The translations under genes and the position numbers were made by a program. Shown in pieces: positions 15,074 through 28,592 of a stretch of DNA of 64,000 bases (positions are counted from its first letter, which is position 1; the number at the start of each line of letters is the position of its first letter). The notes below the pieces were generated by a model. It saw only the letters and a list, made by a program, of their open reading frames with translations. It ran no database searches and had not been told where the DNA came from. This DNA is from Octopus sinensis (Eukaryota), in the NCBI RefSeq assembly GCF_006345805.1, contig NC_042997.1:154566001-154630000 (forward strand), given 5' to 3'.

Positions 15074-15519
15074 ATGAATATGCTGACATACTCACCAGAA
15101 AAATTTATTAAATGTTTTGCAGTTTTTCCATAACGTTACTGACCTGACGCTATTGTAGCTGTTTGGCCCCAACCTGAATGACCAGACCAATTATCAAAGG
15201 CGTTCCAGTCATGTTCCTTACATCATTTTGTAAATCTCGTCTTGTATTCTCCAACGTCTCTTGCCTTTTTCATTTGTTTATATATATATTTTTTTTTATT
15301 TTGTTAGGGTAAGATTTGACAGAGATTTAGTTGACTCAAATTTCATTCATGCTATTGATGATTAGTCCCAGGCAAGGTTTGATCAAGTAGAAATACAAAG
15401 AGAATAATTTCCAAGCATAATCATCGAGTATTATTTTTAACTCATGAATAGAACTGTAAAATTCAATTTGTCTTTTTATTTTATTTTAAAGACGGTAACT
15501 GATTATTTGAAGAAAATTT

Positions 15520-16010
15520 AACGGTTTCTTCTGGCACATCAACCGAATCCATAGAAGGTTCTCGGTTAATTTGTGAGCAATTCAATAATATGAGGCGCAC
15601 ACTGCAAGGTAGCTTGGTACCATCCTTTTTGACCATCCATTCATCCATTCTCGGCGACCACTATTCCTGTGAGTGTAGTGTCCTCGGGAATTTCCTTCAT
15701 AGAAACGTATCAGAAGCAACCGTCATAACTCTTTCCTGCTGGATTCCCAAGCGCGATCAACTGATATTATGGATATTATTCAATCATCTCAGTCGTGGTC
15801 TACCCTTAGGTCACCCGCAGGTTGGTTTGGCTCAAATAATCCGTTTTGCGATCTTTTGCTGCTGCTTCTTTCTTACCATATGTCCGTAGTACTGGAGTTG
15901 TGACGTCCCAATGCGTAGAGGTAGTGGTTCAACCTGGAGGGACACCTTGATATCCGAGGTACGCATCTGTCGAGTAACGTAACTCCGGTGATCCTTTTGA
16001 GAAAATAGAA
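15520..16010 (-). mobile_element. RTE-clade LINE 3' fragment
   Basis: Reads QLQYYGHMVR..IAKRII*AKPTCG*PKGRPRLR*LNNI, matching the RTE C-terminal GH..R / GRP..RW motif. Confidence 0.82.
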
Positions 16011-16499
16011 GCATTAACGGAGATATTTTGTTACTTAGAAAGCATCACAAGTGACTTAAGCTACGACTGATAACTATTGTACGTAGGTTTTGTATGACTT
16101 TACCAGCGGCATTCTCATTCTATGTAACTTTACTGCAATGCATGTATATATGTATGTTCGTTTTGTATTCTTTCTCAAATTTCTCACCGATAATGACTCT
16201 GTTTCTAAGTTAGAAACAAGATTCAAATTTAAACATCATCAATTTACTTGTAATGTGTACTTGTGTGCCTGTATGTATCACTGCATGTATATATATAAAA
16301 ATGTGTGTGTGTGTATGTGTGTGTGTGTGTGCAAGTATAAATTTCTTTGCATGCGTGAATCTGTATACTTTAATTTACGTGCGGAGCCTGTGCTTGTATG
16401 TTTCCTCGTTTGTATATGCAATACATGCCAAAAATTTCTGGAATGTTTTCTGGAATATTTGCACAGTTCTGTTAATGGCTTATAATTGTAAATCTTAAT

Positions 16500-19250
16500 T
16501 AGCGGTATCCTTTTGGGATTGTGAAGCTCAGTTTCTTAAGACTGGTACCGAAACAACAAGTTACAGTTTCTCAGTAATTACTGGTAGAAAACAAAAGCTA
16601 TTGTTCAGCTGATGTATCAGCTAATTACTCATTAGTTCGCTGTGGATAATTTGATTTTTAATCATCTTTCACATTATGTTAACATCTGCTGGGCAATTAA
16701 TCTTGAGAACTATGCACACTTTTTTCTCTATCCCAAATCATTAAGGCTAGTCTGTTACGTCTCTATTTTACTGAAGTCTTGATAAGAACATTCCACCATT
16801 ATTCTTTCAAATTATGAGTGAGTCTTCCCCCTTATGGCTCCGTTAGTTCTTATATTTTGATCTTTAGAACTGTACTATCCACGGATTACATTGTATAATG
16901 TTTCGACCACAATATCATGTTACAAAGGATATTTTTAGACAATAATTTTGGACGGCTTCTTACGATAGGAGTGATGCATTTGACGTTAATTTCACAGTCT
17001 GCTTCAATCGTTGTATCTAGATATTTTACTTGTTTCACTATCCTTTTTTGTACAACAGGTATTTTGGTATCACCTGTTCTTGGAATGTGAGAAGATATCA
17101 TACAAAGACGTAACATAATGGTTGTTAGTAAAAGATAAACTATTGAGGTTATTTTAGACACTCTTACTTTGAAGCGTCCAAATAAACAAAGAAAAGTATG
17201 GCCTTCTCCTGGTGTGCATTTAGTCGATGATGTCTTAGGTCATAAGTCGGGAAACATTTTCTGAGGATCACTTCCTCCCTTATAATCCATGCTAAATCAT
17301 ATATTCATGTTTTCTACGTCATGTTTTCATCAAATCTTCGCTATGTATTCATGTTATCAGCGCCATGTATTCATACTTGATCCAGGGATACATTTCAAAG
17401 GGATATTATGCAACATACAAAGGTTGTTTGACTCTATATTAAGCCCCAGCTTTCAGGTCATCTACAAAGAATCTATGTATTAGGTTGGTGTCTTTCTTCC
17501 CTTCAGATTTTCTGAACAAAAAAGGTGAAGGAATTTACTGGGTATATAAGCACCATCCAAGCGAGACTGTCTCCTTGGAATATACTCCTGCGACACTGAA
17601 TCCTATCAGTCGCAAGACGATCAGTTTCTGTATTTATCTTCAGATTGTTGGTCCAATGAAGTTAGGTTGCCTATGTTTTGATTACGATTTATGAGACCTT
17701 CGTAGATAGAATGGTCTCTAGCGTCGGCGGGAAGCAGAATTTTTGTGTTATGATATAAGACTGTAATCAAGTCCTTCGTACGCCTTTGCACCTTTGATAC
17801 CTCAAATTTGTCCACCATACTCCGAAGCTCTCTTTTTCCCCCTGTTACTTGTTCGGATGATATCAAAGTGATTCTGAGGGAAAAGGTTTAGACAAGTTGT
17901 ATACATTTATGCATTAAACTCAGCCATGCATTTTTCGCCATTTAAGCGGCTTTGTGTTTTGTGTTGGTTCTTCCAACACCAACCAGCTTTGTGTGTTTGT
18001 ATCTCCATTGAAAGCTTGCTGGTAAAGACTGATAGTTCCGATACGTCAAATTTCTGTACTAGTTTCCGAAAATCAAGTCTCAGTGCCCTCTTCTCCTGAG
18101 GTTTTCTTCAATTACAGTCTCAAGAGAAACATCATTTATGCATATTTTGGGGGTAATGCAAGAAAAAGACTTCTCGAGAATTTCTTCGTATCCACACTGT
18201 GTAATGATTAAGTACCATCTCCTCACTCCAGATTTTTCTTCACAACGGATTTGCATCTTCCTGAGAAAGAGACGCTATAATGGTTATTGATTATTTCCCC
18301 ATATCTCTGTAAACTGCTGATTGCTTATAATTGATCTTATTAACTATTTCCTTTTTCATCAATTCTCTGGTAAAAGTTTTCAAATTAAAGCTCTGAGGAT
18401 CTGTTTGGGTTAATTATTTTTCACTCAAGTGTTCTTGTTTTATCATCTACAAACATTGCTTCAATTTCATCTTTCAGTTTTGTTGCTAATGTCATTTGTT
18501 TGTATACGATAAGAATTATTAGATCAACGATCTCTTTTACCAGTTTTCCAAATCCATTATGGTACTTTTTCATTGTTTTGCATTTGTTTATGTTTTCGTA
18601 ACTCCAAGATATTGCTCTGGAGTTGTTTAGGGAACAAATACACACGTAAAATTTGCTGAAATGAAGGGACATTACTCTGTTGCAACTTTTTCCTCTTGAT
18701 TTCTTTTCTTACTCTTTATATCAGCTCAGTTGGTCCTGCCGGCGAAGAGAGTTCTTTCCTGTAGCGGTAGGTTTAAATTGAAATAATCTTTTCTTGAAAT
18801 ATTGCACTAAGAATATATTTCAATTGTTTATACTCGTCACACTTTTAGCTCGTAGTGCTGTTATCTTCCTTGTTGTTACAGTCACTGACATTGTAATGCC
18901 GATTGCTAGCATGACTGCGAGATAACATTGTAACAGCAGGAATCTGGTTTGTTGGGACATGTGTTGTTATCATAAGTTCGTTCTAGTAAAGTTTTATTCG
19001 TGTGATATAGCCAACAGAGTTCTTGTTCGCCATTTTGCAGTAATTAAAAAGAATCATTGAGATCACAAGTCTAGGTAACAAGAGATTCGATTTTTTTCAG
19101 GTAAAATCAGTTTCATATAAAATTTAAAAGATTCTGTTTACCATTCTCAATTATATTTTTGCTCTGTTCTTCATCAATACTGTTAATATTGTGTCTAGCA
19201 TTGTAAACTGTAGCAAATGTCTGCATTGCGAATTCAAGTTTCAGTAGGGT
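16500..19250 (-). mobile_element. Decayed non-LTR retrotransposon with reverse transcriptase, probably R4/Dong-like
   Basis: Collinear RT motifs on the minus strand: KAY(E) (~17780), RRSIFQGDSL (~17580) and LIHRFFVDDLK (~17465). The boundaries are approximate and the clade is inferred from motif style. Confidence 0.75.
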
Positions 19251-19260
19251 ATCGCAAAGT

Positions 19261-19292
<32 letters not shown>

Positions 19293-19356
19293 TGTATGTA
19301 TGTATGTATGTATGTATGTATGTATGTATGTATGTATATATATGTATGTATGTATG

Positions 19357-20051
19357 TCTCTTCCATTTTTTAATTATTATAAATCTTCCACTGAGGAGGG
19401 AGCTGGTTACCAACAAAGATACAAGGTTCTACCTTTAGGATGTAGTTAACACAGGCAAATTCATATTTGGAACTTCAGAAAAGTCTTGCATATTTTTACT
19501 GTTCCACTCACAGATTGCACTTGTAATGTACAAATTAGCCGGTCGATTTCGCTTTCTGAAAATCCCAGTTTATCCAAATTCTCCTTTAAGCATTTACTAA
19601 CAAAACCTATGCTTCATGTATGTATGTATGTAGTATGTATGTATGTATGTATGTATATGTATGTATGTATGCATGTATGTATGTATGTATGTATGTATGT
19701 ATTATGTATGTATGTATGTATGTATGTATGTATGTATGTATGTATGTATGTATGTATGTATGTATGTATGTATATATATGTATGTATGTATGTCTCTTCC
19801 ATTTTTTAATTATTATAAATCTTCCACTGAGGAGGGAGCTGGTTACCAACAAAGATACAAGGTTCTACCTTTAGGATGTAGTTAACACAGGCAAATTCAT
19901 ATTTGGAACTTCAGAAAAGTCTTGCATATTTTTACTGTTCCACTCACAGATTGCACTTGTAATGTACAAATTAGCCGGTCGATTTCGCTTTCTGAAAATC
20001 CCAGTTTATCCAAATTCTCCTTTAAGCATTTACTAACAAAACCTATGCTTC
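19357..20051 (+). repeat. Exact tandem duplication of a 259 bp unique segment between (TATG)n arrays
   Basis: 19357-19615 is identical by eye to 19793-20051 (period 436). Confidence 0.97.
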
Positions 20052-20449
20052 ATGTATGTATGTATGTACGTATGTATGTATGTATGTATGTATGTATGTA
20101 TGTATGCATGTATGTATGTATGTATGTATGTATGTATGTATGTATGTATGTATGTATGTATGTATGTATGCAACTTTATCCTATAATTCTTTGAATTATT
20201 TATATTAAAAAGTTGTTTAGAAAATAGCTGAAGTATATATAGAGCTACATTTTGAATATTAAAAAGTTTCGTATATTTTCACTGGTACCTCTTGCAGATT
20301 AAATTTATTGAATTAAATTTGTTGAATTAAAGTTAAATTCCCTCTTTCTTTCCCTAAAAACTCCAGCTTTTCCAGATTACTACTCACACCCTTAGCAACA
20401 TAACATAACCCAATAATCTAATGATTACGGACACAAGTATAAATTAGTC

Positions 20450-20900
20450 ATCTGGGGATAGAATTTGGGTGTTTCGGTGCTATTAATAAAACATTTTTCT
20501 CTTTAATTTTGAACGAAATATTTACACCTGAAGGGCAGCTGAACTCCATCATAGAATATGAAATTTGTTTTTATATTCCAAACAATACCTCCGGAATATT
20601 GCGAACATTTGGTGGGTATGCTACATCAATATTCTTTAGTTTGAAATGTGTGAATATACTCGACGCAAGAAATATCTTGTTTCCAGGGAAGACTTTTCTG
20701 CGAATGGAATTGTATATTATTTTGGCAACAGCGTTATACTACCTTGTTGACATTTCTTAGCTATTGCTGATTACATGGCTAATCTCAACGATTTGTGATG
20801 TAATCAACATTTTCGGTAGTATTTGGGGAGTTAAAAGACTTCACCTTCTCTTTCGTTCAACGCGTAGTTTGTAGTTGCTTGTTGCTCTTGTATTGAAAAT
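20450..20900 (-). mobile_element. LINE fragment, zinc-knuckle / restriction-like endonuclease region (R4/Dong-like)
   Basis: The minus strand reads TENVDYI.. followed by R*YNAVAKIIYNSIRRK, resembling the E..DHI..C / RHN.VAK.I motif. Confidence 0.5.
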
Positions 20901-21523
20901 GCATAACCTTCAAAATGTGACGTGATGTAATGGTCACGAGACCAGGGGAGGTTACACTTCCTGTCGATGTTGACATTCTCAAATTTCCTGGAAATATATT
21001 CATGCATAACCTTTTGTTGTTATGCAGTGTATTTCTCTTTTAGATTTTTTTTATTGAAGTATATTCGTATGCATGTACACATGTATATATGTAGGCATAT
21101 ATATATGTTTGTTTGTATGTATGTATGTATGTACGTAGGTACATACTTTATGCATATATGTATGTATGTTCTCTTTATGATCGGAGTTTTAGATCCAATT
21201 TTAGGCGACTGTTTTCACAGTGGTAGAGTTAAAAAGAAAAGGCAAAAGAAAAACTTCTTTTCCTTTCGTTATTCTTTGTGCAGCCTATTACTCTATATTT
21301 TATGAAACTCTGGAATATTTTGATTGTCTCAAATTCCTAGTGCTTTTTGTCAGTAGTCATGAATTATGAGGTTACGTTCTATATTAGTAGTCAATTTTAA
21401 TGGTCCTTTATTTAATTCACATAGGAACGATGAAAAAAAGAGTGAAGCTGGCGGGATCTGAACTAACAACGTAAAAAAACCGTACCCAAACATCAATAGA
21501 TATATTGACTGATGTTTGACTGA

Positions 21524-21734
21524 TTTCAAATTTTGGTAAAAGGCCAGCAATTTTGGAAGTGGATGTAAGTTGATTACACCAACCCCAGGGCTGAAATGGT
21601 ACTTATTTCATTGACTACGAAAGGATGAAAGCACAGTCGACCTCGGCAAAATTTGAACTCAGAACACAAGGACGGACGAAATGCCACTAAGCATTTTGCT
21701 CGGCGTGCTAACTATTCTGCCAGCTCGCCGCCTT
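21524..21734 (-). mobile_element. SINE family 1
   Basis: Head AAGGCGGCGAGCTGGCAGAA and B-box GTTCAAATT on the minus strand. Confidence 0.9.
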
Positions 21735-23014
21735 GTTCGTAATGTATGTATCTATTTATAACATAGTCACAAGATCTCAAATTTTGATGGCTGGAAAATG
21801 TTGATACAATCCATATTAAGATCGCTCTTAGTTCCTGACTAGCACAGGAACTTCTTTTTATGAAACAGGAAAATGAAGGGTAAAGATGACGTTGGTGGGA
21901 TTCGAAATCAAGGCGTCAAATTGCGTTACAAGATATCTACAGTTTTTTTCTCGAGTGATTTATTTATTCTTCCATCAACTGCAGATTGCATTCGAAAATT
22001 ATCTAATTGTTTGATAATTATTTAACAATCTGTTTTCTTTCGTAATATGATGCACGTTTACAATAGAATAACATTACGTCAAAGTGTTTGGTTTAAGTTT
22101 TTTAAAATTTAGTTTGGTGAGGGAAGAGTGTCTTTGACGTGGTCAGGGACAACGGAATGTCAAAATGCTGATGTTTTAGATGGATAATTAGTATAGATTT
22201 CCGAGTGAGATACTATAAAGGTAACGCGCTAAACGTGTAGCAGCAGGGACAACTCAGATATGGTAGTAGAATTCCATTACGATCCTTCAGGAAATTCGTA
22301 GAGGGTCAGTTATTGATTAGAGCTGAACAATTTTCTAAACATCAATGTAGATATAACTGCGCCATGTATTTGAGATTGTCAACTTTTGTTCAGTTTATGA
22401 TGGGTTTCGTAGTTTCTGTATGTAATGTACCGTACAAAAAACTGACAAGATGTACGGAGCATGAAATTCGGTTTGAAAATACCTTAGCATCAATAGAGGC
22501 TATTAAAATGTAGTCAATGTAATTTCTTAAAACAAACACATTAGAAATGTCTTACATATACATATGTTTCTCTGTATGTATAATTGACTCATGCATATAT
22601 GTGTGCATGCTAGTATGTAAGCACGTATGTCTGTATGATAAATCTGTCAATGTAGATATGTATATAACTTTGTACGGTTGATTGTATAAACGCCTGTATA
22701 TATGTACATATAAATGTATATATGAATACAAAGGTGAACAATATACGTATGAATTATATATTAAAGTATATATGTATGAATATAAGCATTTATGGTTATT
22801 TGTATGTATATCAAATATGAATTCTATCTCGATCAGTCGATAAAACATATTTATTGTAGTTTTGCGAACAATGACTCTTGGAATTTATATCCATATATCA
22901 TTTATTTCTGTTGGGAATATAAAGCTTATAAACTCCGTTTGAATAGAAGATATATTAAATCACAGAGACATGTGCACATATATGCAGTCAAATGTACATA
23001 TATATATATATTAT

Positions 23015-23048
<34 letters not shown>

Positions 23049-23279
23049 CATAAAAGTTCTCTCTGTCTTTCACTCATTCTTTTTACCTCTATCATTGTAT
23101 GCCCACTCGTAATCATATAAACATTCACTGGCTGAGAAATTTACACTTTCATATATAAATCTCTCTCCTTCCCCTTCCTTCTACCTGTATACATACATAC
23201 ATACATACATACATACATACATACATACATACATACATACATGCATGCATACATATATACATGTGTATATATGCATGTA

Positions 23280-23425
23280 TGCATGTATGGGTGAATGTCT
23301 ATATATTCATAAATATATGTATATGCATGTATGGGTGCATGTCTATATATTCATAAATATATGTATATGTATATATAGATGTGTGTGTCGACATATGTGA
23401 GTTACAACACATTTACCCATATATG

Positions 23426-23463
<38 letters not shown>

Positions 23464-23588
23464 CACACACACATATATATATATATAGATATATATATAT
23501 ATATAGATATATATATATATAATATATATATATATATACATATATATGTATATATATATATAATAAATATATATATATAAAAATATAT

Positions 23589-23619
<31 letters not shown>

Positions 23620-23732
23620 ATATATATATATATATTATATATATATATATATAATATATATATATATAAGCAAATTGACATATATGTGCATATATGGGTA
23701 AATGTGTTGTAATCTATATACACATATACATA

Positions 23733-23774
<42 letters not shown>

Positions 23775-23784
23775 ATGCATACAT

Positions 23785-23854
<70 letters not shown>

Positions 23855-23855
23855 A

Positions 23856-23888
<33 letters not shown>

Positions 23889-23928
23889 GATATATATATA
23901 TATAATATATAATATATATATAATATAT

Positions 23929-23959
<31 letters not shown>

Positions 23960-24048
23960 ATATATATATATATAAGCAAATTGACATATATGTGCATATA
24001 TGGGTAAATGTGTTGTAATCTATATACACATATACATATATTATATAT

Positions 24049-24091
<43 letters not shown>

Positions 24092-24111
24092 ATATATATA
24101 TATATATATAA

Positions 24112-24160
<49 letters not shown>

Positions 24161-24186
24161 TACATACACACACATATATATAATAT

Positions 24187-24234
<48 letters not shown>

Positions 24235-24259
24235 AATAATATATATATATATAATATAT

Positions 24260-24314
<55 letters not shown>

Positions 24315-24373
24315 CAAATTGACATATATGTGCATATATGGGTAAATGTGTTGTAATCTATATACACATATAC

Positions 24374-24420
<47 letters not shown>
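23280..24420. repeat. Compound (AT)n/(CA)n array with three direct and one inverted copy of a unique core
   Basis: The core TAAGCAAATTGACATATATGTGCATATATGGGTAAATGTGTTGTAATC occurs at 23667, 23973 and 24311, with an inverted partial copy at 23402-23433. Confidence 0.92.
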
Positions 24421-24423
<3 letters not shown>

Positions 24424-24564
24424 CGCCTGTGTCTGTATACACACTGAGGGGTAGATACATATATATGTCCACATAAAAACACAGATTTATGCACAAATCT
24501 AAAGCAGATCGGAATATGAAACATTCTCACAAATTCTTTCTCACACAAACTCACAAACGGTAAT

Positions 24565-24609
<45 letters not shown>

Positions 24610-25518
24610 CACACACACACTCACACATGAATCAAGTTGGAAAAATAGACAAGGAAAATTGTTAAAATGATGAATGATTTTTCTTGAACTTCTTGGAAAT
24701 TAATTAAAATATTCATAAATTTAATATCTCAGATCTATTTAGACCATTAATTATGGAAAGAATGTTTATTCGCTTGTTTTATGCTATGCATGTTTGTTTG
24801 TATGTATTATGTGTATGTATGCATATGTGTGTGTGTGTGTGTGTGTGTGTGTCCATGTGTTTGTGCATATATGTATATATACATGTATGCATCCAAGTAT
24901 GAATGTTTGCATGCCTTCGTATATGTGTTCATGCACATATCAATATATTTGCGTAAGTTTATATGTACATACACACATACATGCATATATATATATATGT
25001 ATGTGTGTGTGTATGTGTGTGCATGTGTGTGCGCATGTATGTGCGTGTGCGTGTGCGTGAGTGTGCCTGTGTGTGCGTGTGCGCGCGCGTGTGTGCGTGT
25101 GTGTTTGTGCATACATATATATATGAATGCATATATATATGTTTTCTATTTCCTTTAGTTTTACTAAAATTATTCTTTGTCCTATCCAAACCAGTCATCC
25201 AGTGCCAAAGCTTCTTTTTAAATCAAGACTGCTCTTGGAATGTATGAATATGTCCGTATGTCATTATGTCGTATGAGCATAAGCAGATATGTTATGGTAC
25301 GTATATGCACATTCCTGAAAACTCAAATGGAGAACATTTATAATATTTTACAAATCATCACTTTCATTAATGGGTTGTGTGTAGAGTAAGTGAGCTATAT
25401 TTGTTCTCTTTTGGAACACCAGCATTTCCAAACATTCATGTAAATCTGCTCTTACATAATCTCTAATACTCATAAGAATTGGTACAAATGAAAATATGAG
25501 GCTTAACTTCAAATATGG

Positions 25519-25700
25519 TTAGAGGAATAGAAGCTTCGGAGTTCCAAAGAAGGAACCAAAAGGCATTATATTCTCATATGGTAGCGGAATATCATTTCCA
25601 ATTGAAAAATTGCCTATTAATTTATCAGCATGAAACCATTGGTACTAGATGTGTCGAGTACACATACTTCGAATTTGCCAATAACGTATATATGTATATG
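25519..25700 (-). pseudogene. Possible frameshifted remote paralog of the 84 aa gene
   Basis: After the acceptor TTTTATGATAG the sequence reads IYIYTLLANSKYVYSTHLVP, then after a +1 shift WFHADKLIGNFSIGNDIPLPYENIMPFGSFFGTPKLLFL*. KYVYS/KYMYS and PYENIM/PYDIM are collinear with the 84 aa protein. The similarity is short. Confidence 0.3.
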
Positions 25701-25840
25701 CTATCATAAAATGGAGACATCAAATGTTGCAATTGCATAGCAACTCATCAGTTATCATCTATAAATACAAAATATGGTTGCCCCGCGACATCTCTGATTG
25801 AGGCTTGGGTGCAGGTTGTATAAATTAAAGCAAGCTAAAA

Positions 25841-25853
25841 CATAATAATAATA

Positions 25854-25926
<73 letters not shown>
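25841..25926. repeat. (AAT)n microsatellite
   Basis: Direct reading. Confidence 0.97.
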
Positions 25927-26158
25927 TGTCTTAAATGGTACGTCAAAGGTATTGAGAAGAACATTGTCGCTGTGGATTTTCTTTCCTTTTCCCCTTATTT
26001 TCTTTTTTTCTTTTTTTCATCTTTTTCTTAATTCACCTTTTCCCTCTGTCTTCCTATCCATTTTATTCTGTCACTGTATACGAATGTATACAGTGAGTGT
26101 CTTTGCCCTGGGTGTTATGAAGATACTTGGTCAGAAATTGAAACAAAATTGAAAGAAG

Positions 26159-26223
<65 letters not shown>

Positions 26224-26779
26224 TGCCCTGGTGCAGTACCAGGCAGTGGCTCTCATGGCTTCTGATCTTAACTGATTGGAAGTGTTATCATGTACATTGT
26301 TTTGTCTTGGTATAAAAGATGGGCTACAGCAAATATTCTGCTCAATACCACAGATTTGCTTGTCAGTTGTTTGGCCTTAACCAGTTGACCATGTCCCTTA
26401 GTGGCTGACGATATGTGCATCTCTGATCACGAGCAGAAGTAGTGGGGGAGCATCATAGCCATGTGTTGAGAGGGATTCTTTGGGGTTTGAATAGTTCACC
26501 TCTGGAAACATGGGTGTTTTTTTTCAACATCCTTAAACAACCCTTATTCAGGAACCGTTTGAGCGGGATGGGCTACTCAACCTGAAGAAAATTCTAACTG
26601 GGCCCCACCTGCAAGGTCATGTGCTGTTTATCTTGATATGAGATCACCATGTCGCGCACATATGGTTGTGATGCATGTGCCTGGTGTACCTTTATCAGAC
26701 GGGTAGTCATGATGGGTATATTGGGCTTCGTATATTTTACCCCAGTGTCACTTTGATGGCATGAACTGCTCTCTCACTC

Positions 26780-26824
<45 letters not shown>

Positions 26825-26840
26825 AATAATAATAAATTAT
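26224..26840 (+). mobile_element. ~555 bp interspersed retroposon-like element with (AAT)n tail, inserted in an (AAT)n tract
   Basis: A higher-GC unique block bounded on both sides by (AAT)n, with no long ORF. I recognise it as a common octopus repeat from memory. Confidence 0.65.
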
Positions 26841-26896
26841 TACATATATACGTATGCATATGTATACAATTATATATACACACACACGCACACATA

Positions 26897-27490
26897 TCAT
26901 CATCATCATCATCATTTAACGTCCGTTGTCCATACTTGCATGGGTCGGACGGTCTGACTAGGTTGGCACACTGGAAGGCTGCGCTAGGCTCTAGTCTGAT
27001 TTGGCATGGCTTTCTACGGCTGGATGCCCTTTCTAATGCCAACCACTCCGAGAGAGTAATGGGTGCTTTTACTTGTTACCTGTACGGGTGCAATTTGCGT
27101 GACACTAGTATCTACCACGCTCTTCTTCTCAAGCACGACATAATGCCAAAGGTATTGGTCATTGCCTCCGCGAGATCCAACACTCGAAAGAAACTCGGCC
27201 ACTTTGCCTCTATGAGGCTCAACGCTCGATAAGAACTCAGCCACCTCGCCTCCGTGAGGCCCAAGACTCGAAAGGAACTCAGCCACTTTTCTTCCGTCAG
27301 GTCTAACGCTCGAAAGAATCTCAGCTACCATGTCTCCATGAGGCCCAACGCTCGAAAGGAACTCAGCCATTTGGCCTCCGTGAGGCCTAACATTCAAAGG
27401 TTGATTTTTTCACGTGCCATCAGCACGGTTGCACTTGGCTTGACGGGTCCTCTTAAGCAGAGAACATCACCAAAGGTCTCGGTGACTAGT
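26897..27490 (-). mobile_element. Retroposon 3' fragment with (GAT)n tail containing a 42 bp minisatellite
   Basis: (CAT)n at 26897-26915 is followed by TTTAACGTCCG..GGATGCCCTTTCTAATGCCAACCAC, and a tandem 42 bp unit lies at 27165-27395. Confidence 0.6.
27165..27395. repeat. 42 bp minisatellite, ~5.5 copies
   Basis: The unit is approximately GCCTCCGTGAGGCCCAACGCTCGAAAGGAACTCAGCCACTTT. It translates on the minus strand as a 14 aa repeat, VAEFLSSVGPHGGK. Confidence 0.9.
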
Positions 27491-27950
27491 CATTGCCTCT
27501 GTGAGATATATAGTAGAAATTATGTGTACAAGTATATGTACGATTACCAATGTTACGTTTAGAATTTCACGTAGATTTTCGTAGTCCAATCTACTTTCTG
27601 TATAGTTGTTAATTAACTTCTAAACTGTGTAGTATTACTAGTTTTGAGCTACAGAGAAAACGTAGGGGCCAAAAATAAGGATAAACACAAGTTTATATTA
27701 AAGATCCTACACACGTTTCACCATAAATAGTTGTTTGGAGCCCAACGATGAATGTCCCGAATACATATCAATACTTATCCATGTACCACGCATTTCAGTT
27801 CCTCTGTTTAAAACATCCATCCATCTATCCATCTGTTCGTCCACCAAAATATCGCTACATTTGTAGCTAAATAATCCTATTCCATATAATTATGAACTCT
27901 GTATCACAGATACTGTAATTATAGTGTGAAACAGCTAGATTAATTTACGA

Positions 27951-27998
27951 CGCATGCGCAGAAAACCAATCAGCATCATTGCTACTAATTATATAAAG
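27951..27998 (+). promoter_or_regulatory. Candidate core promoter (NRF1-like, CCAAT, TATA)
   Basis: CGCATGCGCA (27951), AACCAATCA (27964) and TATATAAAG (27990) occur in canonical order within 50 bp of unique sequence. Confidence 0.35.
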
Positions 27999-28538
27999 CA
28001 ATGACTGTTTTGACTCCAATATATTATCTCTGATCCCTCTAGATTTTGTGCTAATAGTTCTACATACATACAAATGAAATAGACCCCCACCTCTTTCTTT
28101 GTCTACTTTTCTCCCTTTCACGCGCTTTCTTCTTATCGCTTATTTTCCATCTCCCCCTTCTATATTTTCTTCTTTTCCTCTAACCTCTCTCTCTTTATCA
28201 GTCTCTCTCAATCCCTCCAGCTCATTCTCACGCCCTCTCACCACGCCTTATCTTTCTTTTCATATTTTACTGCAGAGCGAATTTTTCTCATATGTTTTCT
28301 TTCAATTACGCACATTACGTTTTTCAGAGCTAAATATACATAATTGAGAGTTGATATATAAATAATCAATAAAAAAAATTGATATATTCGATTTATGAAA
28401 GAAGATTAAATGCAATGCTTTTCTTTGAATTCTTTGGAATAAGTTAAAGTGATATTTTAAAACAGATATGGGCTAAGATATATATTTAGTATTGATGTGT
28501 AACTGGTTAATGGTACTATGGTATCTTAGAAATAATAA

Positions 28539-28591
<53 letters not shown>

Positions 28592-28592
28592 A

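Noticed and set aside
27165-27395. Regularly spaced repeats suggestive of a CRISPR array
   Set aside because: The units are contiguous without unique spacers, the context is eukaryotic, and there are no cas genes.
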